Positions 55,801 to 61,527 of a stretch of 64,000 bases of DNA are shown piece after piece. The DNA is from a virus. Location: positions 1 through 64,000 of the IMG/VR virus record IMGVR_UViG_3300030103_003222. The stretch is one strand, 5' to 3'. The notes below the pieces were generated by a model. The model was not told the origin of the DNA. It ran no database searches and saw only the letters and a program-made list of their open reading frames with translations. Every line of letters starts with the position of its first letter. Positions within the stretch are counted from its first letter, which is position 1. The translations under genes were made by a program, and so were the position numbers.

Positions 55801-57714
55801 CAGTGGGGCTTCTACGGTATGCGTGCACATCGTGAGGAGGGCCTGTTCAGTGGCTCACCAGCCAACGCCAATTATGCTGTGGGTAATGGCACTGGACCAT
55901 TGGTCGCGTATGAGACTCAGACGTTGATTGCGAAGGGTGGAAGCAACAGCGACCAAACGCTGAAGCCGACATACGCCGGTATCATGGAGCGACAGACCAA
56001 CTTCAGTGCCATGCTCGGTCCCGACAAGGCTGAGTGGCAGGTTCGCTACAGTGACGGTCGCCGCATGACTCGCTCATTCGGTTGCCCTGTGCGCACCATT
56101 CGCAACGGTAGCGGCGCTCCGCGCGATTGGTGGGGTGACAGTGCCGGTTTGGGCATCTCCACGATTGATGCTGCTGTCGGGTATTACCTCGTTGACTGGT
56201 GGGGCAACACGCGTGGTGAAGACATTCGACGTGCCCCGGTGCGAGGCTTTGGTATTCGCCCAGCATGGGACGCGGGTGATGCGTATGAGTATGACCGCAC
56301 CAACGGCCGCACGCCCTACGCTCGGCTCTATAACAACGGCAAACCGATTGTCAACCTCAAGGGTATTGCTGACAGCAGCGGTGACGTGCTGAGCAGTCCT
56401 ACCGCCGTCGTGCCTCGCTTTGGCGGTCGAGTCAACAACACCAACAACAAAAGCACAACAACGCTGGTTGACGTTTTCGCTCCCACCAACGCACTACGCG
56501 TGGGTGATATGGGTGGTGGTCGTGGTGTCCGTTATCCAACGCAGTTTAACGAAGACGTGCTGGTCGAAATCAGCGACGTGTATCAAGCGTCAGGTGTTGT
56601 CTTGTCAGGTAACACTGCTGAGCCTGCCTTTGGTCAAGGACTCATCCGTCCGCTTGACAGCGTGGTGCAACCTGACGAAATCAAGCGCGGCATCAGCCGT
56701 CGTCTTGGTGTTGACGAGGATGGTTTGCTGAAACCCGATGCCGTCGTCAGCGACCGAGTCGAAAGCGTCACTGGCACCAGCGTCCACAAGGATGCGGTGT
56801 CGCGCTCATCTCCTCGCATCGGTATTGACGGTGAGACGACTGAATCGCTGTTCAACGGTGTTTCGACAGACATGGTCGCCATTAACAGCGAAGCCCACAG
56901 CCTACACACTGACCTCGGCGTGGGGCAGCGAATTGTGCTTGAAGGCGGTATGCAGGCTGGCTCACAGACGCTTGGCGACTATGACCTGACGGCTCTGTCC
57001 TTCGCTGGTCAACCGCATGGTGGTGTCATGCGATTTACGCACACAAGCAACATCAAACCAAGTGGCGGCACCTATGTCCTTGAGTCGCGCTCTTTCGCTG
57101 CGCCGTTTGATGACACAGGATGGGGACGCTCAGGCTCCGGTAGCACCAGCAACCCGTTCCAAACCACAACTGCGACGTCTGCTCCGCACAACCTGACAGC
57201 CACCAAGGTCACGTTCATGCTGCGCCCAGTTCGACTGCTTGACAACCAACACGTTGCTGTCTTCCGTAGTCCACGTAATCTCGGCGGCTCGACACCTCAA
57301 GACGGCGGCACGGCTTACGGCGCGACTGCGGGTGGAAAATATGGTCTGTTCACGTATGAGGCGACGGACGCGACATCAACGAACTACGTGCGCACGACCA
57401 TGCCTGACGGTGACGCTCCGTATCACCCGGTCTACTTGATGGAGAGTAGTAGCGACACGGTGCCTGTCTCCAAGGGTCCGAAACTACCGGGCACTGCTGT
57501 CGCTGGTTTTGACAGCGACTCGCTCAAGAGCGTGGTCACACGACTCGTTGTCAGTGAGAACACGCTACAGCACTTCCGTAGCGACGCACCTCGTCGCAGC
57601 CTTTCCAAGAAGGACTTCTCAGTCAAGCCTCGGTTCAGTCAATCGTTGCACAGCAAGGGGCATAAAGGAGATGTGGACTACGGTGCATCAGACCACAGCG
57701 GTGACGCATCATGA
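40873..57714 (+). CDS. Giant 5613-aa tail/adhesin protein with N-terminal LamG/ConA-like domain
   Basis: ALLFDGVTD, FAIEAWV, LHLVAG..VVLFVNG, FIGG..QFRGIIESLHIS; uninterrupted ORF rich in S/T/G. Confidence 0.85.
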   Translation: MPIMLQSNHALLFDGVTDSVIIPQGRNSRVGEKSEQGDIVSTNLLGEDLSGERGQGLIGDLFDRGFAIEAWVTPDCGGRVVQKDGQFLLSVGDVDTPGPAVFELNVVSDVGLEKVILRTAVETTAGYDGTVYPVNTFGGVDDAFNRFNSDDDGTALTLSQRPLLHLVAGVREGKVVLFVNGVLMASQELSQEFVLNSSNEPVFIGGHGGQFRGIIESLHISSAFSDEMTTRSAPLVSSRTACLMRFEEPISPISGTYTFSSIGSSSGLSTLNIGTTTAASLASALTGKTQTSGTVDFTKTPYSTGDYSVVDFTTSPGTKRTHLVPHVPFNLLINPGAVKRSTMKPNQSPPERVRLLSIDLGAGTALVSSVHLDFVNSTHDSRDVPSLHDGLRPVLHSRSSATGDDYFVVITGDSLIENGSGRPYQPPHFSTQIVDRTGQMVLDEGHFEQHGIVYSDRMATTASDSDNPFAVTWPSTLDASFQVGHSGRHTLNHVQGHHYLRQMADPQEEILDQRIDAADVLTLIYDAASKGIDKQFPMNSRVDYYRELGTLPLLTVVSSSTAYEEVDNGLTGASRDLIAIGGLSGGLRFDPSPFFLKGPVPEDYANVDAELRKHHLRPSATSRIAVLEVSGLSSYGMSPYVEIHYNAIDLTGASMGKTAPMLMVEKTIPAANTLLSGSTYVLDVIETALSSGATLHAPGGVISFGAPSDSAMSQFFASNTLMGDNSEGFESDDELDERFTPQNYSTIVANQPRKPPQNIAASHTTATHESQFNRLVIQQIDAPTETFTNRRAVHTDHTSPSNGQFDVGRTASASNVHEMFDIIDNHAVLSPNVKARYFVQPSNRTRTRQLTYARGAFTRPDDFNVAKVMLLMSPMRLRSVAEDESDEGSRATIVRCVGMNADAMTRDVSEIGSGSPNSHVVKEIEPNAPVVTVTLGGVGQGAYDTKPTFDPSPMARLPYSTRRGYSVYATSARVDLSASPQNFLNVVALNNDTDDLKTWATYPFPKKGRIYLKTGASAEYANKTGVSFHFANASIGSGTYVLSDGREVASFHEWVVGSGLIPQASSLSGTNSDVYPLGEVILGDGHFFAENAADDGTTVNDRMFQSMDNVTHDYQLGTQFASTRALVEIPLFNAQFFENVSEGVLPGPDNSLKLHVDPTMTAHTWNPSPVGRRFPEKAPSDRSARGAYAYAAENSEQVRGATIIHKAEIVSGKYRLYVDKPEIFPAAVTSAGAFSYVTNVVRYRRAFLSNGEWVIYENDPAANGFLRFEDEDWSTSENFLRDYEVGHSLMTAGGYESEALVPMESDILTSSSAMERRSEYYHDSASVKTQGGNVDYGLRQYVSAVEFKAGPKSNPHANRTVAKRASGTVLSVTPLGTTANFGGLVLLTFSEEDFAKFPKVPVPTDTNNLITFTTGDYHYELTVPSPDGSIRRFIYWGSAANVGLRSSDMTPENLGTSIVVQPVFTALAATTPNYLLATSADFIAGEKATLTKRSFDIGFSVNPVDVALETTLNISDSFRPGGTGVRKSWTVANVASTSSMTVTNTSSLFLQSNTLGLTVKVNDYLYAETNTGSAVTVVRYLGRVTAIADYSASSSLPLTITLDGSMTSATQSNINSEIAGGSLTIHLRVGCHDVMKNDDEAVLNRQWLSPYAQGGLRHGDTVWANMTYNNPHAVEGMFAKSRGVFNEALVWTGFNDGDGSLTTSARTSIPLENFLIGDSCLETAQNYAQHVNKTIELNYTNLGLSTDLAPKVAFVDPYLANEEHARVLLYDVAHDREFVAFQDLHMQVQTSAKVAEIGWQREFTATNIVDSSTEIDLVPYSIGFNGASQHAFLTQIDVAAGFLSQNKYARSTIRSRFMESAYAHDIANHVAISLLNPIASGTAPTNIVRSLTNVTRIAQFGKAHGHFVHTGYHKAGPFGNRSLGDSILPRTTDGSAIPYWADKMHTYTRTSFSDTGSFLLKLREHRESVTGASFRDPSTLFDTPDGTRVVPAFLALKGIRSEALSLTTHDEARLQHLKQWTDMDFTRRLTIDLGEVGARIGGTSILAAANEVVRLINQAGAKQGRTHARRPSEQYPGESESLDLTRVGARAADGIRDPASSHINADFAATGSTHDPAVWWDEDKAFESHDKGTHMGYVRAHIGRIVQDTNGNEGFSIVVHSTVPGATGRNFCVWLDNSKGQSRYTPKFLIGHGGRYRTFWCQPDELSGENMHPAPMPLNKHGRPFAPVTTLQGYVVPDDSGVEFKASSDFAPRGDETSDPVMRAVSMATGSGQSHNTVNTESLEVEGFNTSYVTGLRTGTNAVARVNFGGLAASGVPGFAPDAGKWGFGRKGDVRIAERYGPAKDTSASSTAATTYSSYVPSTDVREEAIGNAPLYAFRFIDHRGVGHGIRFIYRSMGESFALDETLLPSTIDDEIAVFIDDRDVGQGGFTIGKHMHGIGDATGRFGAAGTNTSLMSWRGNRWNPVPSPSAAYDCNAAYDSSSNKITVTLQAPYNACPHFDVLGYMGFPLSQGLLQLSDPFVDSSMNGSQGHVFSYTHRTREGSSGTHVFHGIQGSTFTPSHTHSGGSVSANSSSVFGTGSINIRALISSTVNWTTLVTDELLAAITAAAINLADPNVDEGVPFDCRDMFASDGRTFGEWGVAEDAIRIRAFNTAGGGIRPLSDFFSASLHRDFAIQSAHVEFGDIEEIEVDNGGISLPSTSRAATDASIDNGLRAECGYLPFTVLQVFTKSKGSNSNTASPVLVDSRNNPVDPDEWHRRLIGYTFTANAGDHVLPRVDNPSVLLLAAEVTSDPIQLTTNQVWHFAQPAGEEGTSISSKTKIASFGSVSNLHVQNGDVLVTSQNGANSKTHLSLVTGTKTSTFPASDPASNAVAQRFGDTARAFRTAGSRVLGSVFSRPMLFFRGGRDSIDHSVPLFFGGGFSGVTLDINDGTKNDYSEFFTHPYAAGPTGVAGVQHANEFLSSYSMLDCNAMMAFFPGTPLLNQHRGNINPPFFNSENMLTPDLKRGTQGHHSDYPAPYSSGVKVQVPIPLVLRFAHPTARYSDHSGTTDSKTTYLIFGPGQAFPFTAQTATPDNSSEPHPGRALTVGNTWSKVPTHTSGKQFLHNHITNSTVGFLPELHSTQVNRYRTHWRQTMNWEPAQGKSNATRLFQRPESGRFYGEMFTSNGVLNSTSLADYRTAHPLRHAVFMGFGMASNSDWCFHMDGGYHPGGSWLDNQLTFNPPHPNDNSRVAKSGVAGNELHPSAFRVAAPLANRVLYGSSASFASDTIESDDVELEYIAVDATKCQNGEEMAALLGSAINSFPGAGALKAMGGTFLPSMGTSNRQDRYGWVEVTGVVAYFLSGEDTAANVKTNAIKDNFMTLAFSSQILAEQVPESGWLRTSADFDNGVDSNSDSAAFAPYHSRIVKLDTSSSQYHVTFYLGSNRIAGSKAFESLKTWKDYLDTGVAAGNEVVPNVSSATKVYVWTKAGVHRWDNSGRLEGYSQVHFSGLVDAIDRTRPVGLPGWHGERYSYLNTLAVSGAYSAGLGAWHPSLGFSPFGGSMGCASVLGHLPHIAPMPNSPESGLPNDGSNGAADFPDADTPNGPNYDADDDGDQSYSASFVDGSGNNSPPLTTFDENVHKDLQHAQGVYARAMLVVAHESELALVAKRDRDGIKCVGDWLRSKDASSITLAGTTRWDDRIHGQDRFIATANAGPNIEALIVDDTALPTVSSPTAASGLVASPFNAEFFLHTAVSADTELENAEPCRKPTGDLFLDIDKSIGSFYSASAGAQRNIMDHFYEAGSNNPMGGLWGGNTQKNSYWMGDVNGYEMFKRSPAKNFSIEHIVWKRMDGGSLSLPAMNARGLGAVPWVSRVDGSNAYTTGEKLLGNVRFSFETTNSAMMPIMRAHELGHPQLAVDPPVELRDVLEIPNEEMQFDDMVVVDDTGQSHTLNGGSPLGVVIRAFRSSGERLASGLAPSVAGAGLEPNMTIRLPDSNAIPGNILVRSGFDRVQAYQTETMGDGGMMSNPQGLGQLFDGLTGPFGAPVLSEAGWEHIDKAGLDSTSSKWDAATSDKPLSSAYELHDRTLFFHVTKMGHSHTDRYPTTYTHSGGLQNQALTVSSYASSTAILTASASITTAIFDADFATKEVMDEGSGKRRRFLRLATATDSVVVSYTGISGATFTGVVGDIDFDQFLLDNPPASSTINVTPSYYVPAGSTRFFAARRLRDHAEVSGNSPDMAHTHYLNGNADTTGYARYSVPRMTPMPYPRMGHHFVNATMPMLPGHWAHPAYQGLYSGHEAERRATLRDPDYIRLLDHTDLDDATFDSNVSDYLHPLNPQIRIGSLTATPSGPSDIHGGAFTLMFETKVRFDGYGVLASKGTAGDMNKLGGHSIVLEAGGNYTQDGHFPDPAEVGAYQIVIQPNLHETQIAGFHHNNSTTTALPNGSKRALTAQQIHLVVGIKYDSERGGSPIGGATLILAEATLADVRGCEIFVNEVILDHDPDHGSHFTNIPPMLLYNPLGVQGSESPTFTRRTQPYHPGMFEDSTPGHTLNIPWWSIFHKVAPDDSSSTGFRHLALYRIDNFYQFCRASSGAVAAQLTLAGYPSISPDIYSDVMANVSLSPKCTVTGSGSGYIEVDDASFFPNKPAYGERLHYVDASGNDKFITYTQRSGTTANAATMNQPDRFVTSASSPGDGTVLRLTRPYSERMTDTLFTHSKSSVLTRIMPQMLPGSRDTNSLYTADAFLCMWHHNLGRPHTFYSDSPRTWGGTTTDRAINKAAYNGMPEHFETVHYHAVNYAASHGPFHLDFKTPKPAQHLSGTFSSVSGSPSTLVFGADVSGDGLVGKVLFTDGRVIGTVASVSTTDVTLTGDILYTPAASTTVYVGADGSVDTAANIHAMTGYQAQGGTSTMLTHYWPCGSRGGPLVSRLDGYAAWAAGWHVPRQYSSGGGKHWVDDDDSGSYSVSSGLSDGSLVASRTYPFGYRFGLRQPWNRPQWGFYGMRAHREEGLFSGSPANANYAVGNGTGPLVAYETQTLIAKGGSNSDQTLKPTYAGIMERQTNFSAMLGPDKAEWQVRYSDGRRMTRSFGCPVRTIRNGSGAPRDWWGDSAGLGISTIDAAVGYYLVDWWGNTRGEDIRRAPVRGFGIRPAWDAGDAYEYDRTNGRTPYARLYNNGKPIVNLKGIADSSGDVLSSPTAVVPRFGGRVNNTNNKSTTTLVDVFAPTNALRVGDMGGGRGVRYPTQFNEDVLVEISDVYQASGVVLSGNTAEPAFGQGLIRPLDSVVQPDEIKRGISRRLGVDEDGLLKPDAVVSDRVESVTGTSVHKDAVSRSSPRIGIDGETTESLFNGVSTDMVAINSEAHSLHTDLGVGQRIVLEGGMQAGSQTLGDYDLTALSFAGQPHGGVMRFTHTSNIKPSGGTYVLESRSFAAPFDDTGWGRSGSGSTSNPFQTTTATSAPHNLTATKVTFMLRPVRLLDNQHVAVFRSPRNLGGSTPQDGGTAYGATAGGKYGLFTYEATDATSTNYVRTTMPDGDAPYHPVYLMESSSDTVPVSKGPKLPGTAVAGFDSDSLKSVVTRLVVSENTLQHFRSDAPRRSLSKKDFSVKPRFSQSLHSKGHKGDVDYGASDHSGDAS

Positions 57715-58928
57715 GTCAAGAACCCATGACCGATGCTGAATATCAGCAGTGGTTGCAGGGGCAAATTGCCTCTACCATGCGGCCGGGGTTCCAAATGCGT
57801 GAGGGCCAGCAATTAACGCTCAATGATTTGTTTGGTGTGCAACCGGCTGACGACAATTTCAATCTGAGAACATTTGCGAGTGGGGAAAATCCTAACGCGT
57901 GGTGGTTTGACAACCGACCTCCTAACGCTCAGAGTTCGCGAGGACCTACCGACCACAGGGGGAAAATCGCACAAGCCATGCGGTCCTCCATGTATGCTGA
58001 AAACGCCACAAGAGTGCCCACCGCTCAACCAGTGGAAAACACGCGCAGACCCGTCGCCATTGTGGAGCGCAGAACCCCGAAAACACTCAGCCCCCGTGAC
58101 CATGACGGTGTGAGGCATGCTTGGAATCCTGACCAATACATTAGGAGTTTCAGACTGGTGGACGATGATGGAAAAACGCTGTCTGTTATTGATGATGGTG
58201 GGTATAGGCAACCGGGACGCGGACATCAAGAAGCGATTCGGGGCTTTAGCGGTCAAACGTTTGGTCCCATGCGTAGAGGCCACTACCGCAATTTGATGGA
58301 AGGTTTGATTCGTCACGGACTCAATGTTCGCTCAAATGACCGCAACTCGATGTCGCATCCGTTCCACACCAAGTTGCAGCGAACACTCCCTCCTGACATG
58401 ACCGTTGAAGCGAGAATGTTTCGCGGCGACGGAGATGTCGAACACTATGATGAAGGAGAATATGACCCTTCAGATGTAAGCACAGATGACGTTTTGCTCT
58501 ATGAACGAATCATCCCATCCTCACCTGAAAACTGGGGCGACCTGAGCGGCCCAACACGCAGCCAATTCCCGCTCTTTGTGCAACACAGAGAGCGTCCGCC
58601 TTATCATGAGCACCCCGAGTCGGAGAAATCGCAACAAACGCAGTTGTTTGCCCCGAGACGACCAATCGGCGTATCACCGTCTACGTGGGCGGCCACAAAT
58701 CGAACTGAGCGTAGGAAACAGGCTGAGCGCGATTTGAGAGAGCGCATGGACAGATGGTTTAGCCGGCAACAGCAGGGGGAGCAGGCGCTACGGCAGGGCG
58801 GCGTCTCGCTGGACGAAACATTGGATTTGGGTCTGTTGCCCGGAATAAGCCAACCACCGATGCCTCGAATGGAGTATGAAACAAACCCTCGCTTCGTAGG
58901 TGTTAAATCTACACCTGATGTGATGTGA
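57711..58928 (+). CDS. GNAT-like domain protein, paralogue of 1748..2653
   Basis: MRRGHYRNLM...NDRNSMSHPFHTKLQRTLP...YER...PENWG is shared with the earlier gene. Confidence 0.7.
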   Translation: MSQEPMTDAEYQQWLQGQIASTMRPGFQMREGQQLTLNDLFGVQPADDNFNLRTFASGENPNAWWFDNRPPNAQSSRGPTDHRGKIAQAMRSSMYAENATRVPTAQPVENTRRPVAIVERRTPKTLSPRDHDGVRHAWNPDQYIRSFRLVDDDGKTLSVIDDGGYRQPGRGHQEAIRGFSGQTFGPMRRGHYRNLMEGLIRHGLNVRSNDRNSMSHPFHTKLQRTLPPDMTVEARMFRGDGDVEHYDEGEYDPSDVSTDDVLLYERIIPSSPENWGDLSGPTRSQFPLFVQHRERPPYHEHPESEKSQQTQLFAPRRPIGVSPSTWAATNRTERRKQAERDLRERMDRWFSRQQQGEQALRQGGVSLDETLDLGLLPGISQPPMPRMEYETNPRFVGVKSTPDVM

Positions 58929-58930
58929 CC

Positions 58931-59776
58931 ATGCGCGTGACCATCTACGAAGTCGGACCTCGTGATGGGCTACAGTCGCTGCCACATGTCGTGCCTGTTG
59001 AACAGCGGCGGCAACTCATTTCATCGCTCTATAACGCAGGCTTGCAGCACGTCGAAGAGGTGTCTTTTGTCCACCCCAAATTGCTACCGCAGATGGCTAA
59101 TGCAGAGGACGTCTACAGCGGTAAGGGCGATGCCCTTGTGCTCAACAAGCGGGGTCATGAGCGAGCCGTCGCTGCGGGTGTTGAGCGCATCAACATCGTG
59201 CTTTCGCCTTGTGAGTCGTTCTGCATCAACAACATGGGTCGCAGGTATGACGAATTGGTGTTGAACTATCGGACGTTTATGCAAGACGTTCCGAAGGACA
59301 AGGTGCGTGTCTACCTATCCATGGCGTTCGGCAGTCCTGACAGCGGCGTGTTTGATGCTCGCACGCTGCGTCGCTGCATCAGCGATGCCAAAATGTTCGG
59401 TGACACCATCGTGTTCGCAGACACCGTCGGCGTGGGCACAGCCAACGACGTTTGGGAAATGTCGCGCTTAGCGCAAGACTACGGTATGCGTCCCGCCTTG
59501 CATCTGCATCATCGTGGTGATGAGGGTAAGCCGCTCACGCTCGTGCGTGCGGGGATTCTCGCAGGTATCAGCGAGTTTGACGCCAGTATCGGTGGGCTGG
59601 GAGGATGCCCATTCGCAAGGGGAGGTGGGGCAAACATCGCCACTGAATCATTGGCTCGTCATCTTCACGCTTGGGGTCTTGAGACTGGTCTTGACAGTCG
59701 GGCATTGAGGAGTGCAGCGGCTCTTGCCTTTACCATGAAGCATCCACAGCCGCAGATAACAGAGGCGCACTGCTAA
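58931..59776 (+). CDS. Hydroxymethylglutaryl-CoA lyase (DRE-TIM family)
   Basis: IYEVGPRDGLQ, VSFVHPK..PQMA, ADTVG, LHLH, GGLGGCPFA..GANIATE. Confidence 0.9.
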   Translation: MRVTIYEVGPRDGLQSLPHVVPVEQRRQLISSLYNAGLQHVEEVSFVHPKLLPQMANAEDVYSGKGDALVLNKRGHERAVAAGVERINIVLSPCESFCINNMGRRYDELVLNYRTFMQDVPKDKVRVYLSMAFGSPDSGVFDARTLRRCISDAKMFGDTIVFADTVGVGTANDVWEMSRLAQDYGMRPALHLHHRGDEGKPLTLVRAGILAGISEFDASIGGLGGCPFARGGGANIATESLARHLHAWGLETGLDSRALRSAAALAFTMKHPQPQITEAHC

Positions 59777-59802
59777 AACGCACCACCGCTTGGGGTGAAG
59801 TG

Positions 59803-61185
59803 ATGGCTTACCTTGGCAGCAAGCGCAGGTCCAGCGACTATAACGCTGTGATGAAGCAAGTGCGCAAGCCGGTGTTTGTCGACAACGCCCTACACCTCGG
59901 TGAGTTCACTGCTCAAGGCGTTGACAAAACCAAGGTCACGGTGCGGCAGCGTAAGGCTGCAAACTACCCTATTGCGACAGAGCGCACCTTCACCATCGAA
60001 GAGGGACAGGACGAGATTACGCTCACGCACACTGGTGCACCGGGTCACTCGACGACCACTGCACGATATGACGACACAGCACCCATGCTCTACAGCAGTG
60101 AAAACCCATCGCAACGCCTACGCCTCGGCTCTACGCTCAGCACCACCGACGGTCTACGCATGTCGGTGCGAAACAAGCGCGGCATGACGTTGAGCGAACT
60201 TGGCTTTGAAGGCGACACAGGACACGTCGCTTTCCCGTGCGATGCTGGCTTAAGAACTACGGACATGGCAATGCGACTTGGGCAGGACATTGACTCGCTC
60301 ACGTCGGTCAACCTGACCGGTCCCCGCACTGCTCAGTCAGGTAACGCGCGCCGTCGTCACAGCACGACCTTCGTTGCGAAGAACTTCAAAGCCGTGAACC
60401 TGCTCACTGCGTTGCGTTTCCTCGGTCGGCACGACAACCGCGTTGCTTTGTTCGACCGCTTCGGCAACCTCATCTATGCGCCGTTCACTTACGGTGGACC
60501 CGGTCGCATCGTTGAGGCCAGTTTGCGCTCAGGCGGAGCCAACACTGACCCAACCGACGAAAGCGTCACTGCTGTAGCGGTTGTCGGTATTCCTTTGGCT
60601 GTGAACGAGAGAGCCTTTGCCAAAGTGCGAGACTCAGAGCGAGAAAGCGGGCGTGGAGCCAACATCATCGAAGAACCGCAGCGCATCGAGGACTTCACCG
60701 TTAGCAGCAACGAGGGCGCCCGTCGTGTCGCGCGTGCGGTGCTCAAGGCCAACAACCTGAGCGCTGGCAAGAAGACCAGTGCAGGCCATCCTGACGCATT
60801 CGATTTGCGACCCGGTAGCGTCATCGAATATGAGAACGTCAAACGTGTGTTGACTGAAGTGAGGCACCGCCTGAGTTCCAACGAATCTGACCTCGTTTTC
60901 CTCAATGTGGACATCGGTATCGAGGGTGTGCTGCAGGGCATCAGTGAGGGTATAGGGAACGTCGACCTTGAGCCTGAGACGCAGGAGCAGGTCCGCGAAC
61001 ATGTGCTGTCACTGTTCGGAGATGTCAAAATTCGCTCCATTGCCATCGTCACGCTTAGGGGGCATGGCGATTCAGGTATGCTTGTGGGGCGTGCTATGGG
61101 TCGTGGCATCATCGGTGGCACGTCGTCATCGCAGACCATTGGTGGTAGCAAGACGCAGGCCATTGTGTTGAGAGGTGAAAACTGA
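59803..61185 (+). CDS. Putative baseplate hub/tail protein
   Basis: FDRFGNLIY, ARRVARAVL, FDLRPGSVI..VLTEVRH resemble hub-family motifs. Confidence 0.55.
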   Translation: MAYLGSKRRSSDYNAVMKQVRKPVFVDNALHLGEFTAQGVDKTKVTVRQRKAANYPIATERTFTIEEGQDEITLTHTGAPGHSTTTARYDDTAPMLYSSENPSQRLRLGSTLSTTDGLRMSVRNKRGMTLSELGFEGDTGHVAFPCDAGLRTTDMAMRLGQDIDSLTSVNLTGPRTAQSGNARRRHSTTFVAKNFKAVNLLTALRFLGRHDNRVALFDRFGNLIYAPFTYGGPGRIVEASLRSGGANTDPTDESVTAVAVVGIPLAVNERAFAKVRDSERESGRGANIIEEPQRIEDFTVSSNEGARRVARAVLKANNLSAGKKTSAGHPDAFDLRPGSVIEYENVKRVLTEVRHRLSSNESDLVFLNVDIGIEGVLQGISEGIGNVDLEPETQEQVREHVLSLFGDVKIRSIAIVTLRGHGDSGMLVGRAMGRGIIGGTSSSQTIGGSKTQAIVLRGEN

Positions 61186-61526
61186 TGCCAGTGAGCGACC
61201 GACTGAAGCGTATGCTGCTTGAAACCATTGAGTCCAACATTGATGAAATGGTCATCGGCTTTGATGGCACACCGTCAACCAGTCAGGACGGGGCTGCGGG
61301 GCGACCTGCCATCGTCATCACACCCACAGTGCGTATCACCAGCGACAGCACTATTCTTGTCGAAGGCTTCATACCAGCGACCGAGTCATTCACGGACACG
61401 CTGAAGGAAGTCTTCGTTCAACTGCGCGGCACCAACCCCATCCCAATCGCTCGCCACACTATCGCTCCAATCTTCAAAACGACCGGCAACGAAATGCGGA
61501 TTCAAGTCATCATCGAGGTGAAGTGA
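61185..61526 (+). CDS. Small tail-associated protein
   Basis: IDEMVIGFDGT...IARHTIAPIFKT...IQVIIEV resembles fibre-attachment domains. Confidence 0.6.
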   Translation: MPVSDRLKRMLLETIESNIDEMVIGFDGTPSTSQDGAAGRPAIVITPTVRITSDSTILVEGFIPATESFTDTLKEVFVQLRGTNPIPIARHTIAPIFKTTGNEMRIQVIIEVK

Positions 61527-61527
61527 C

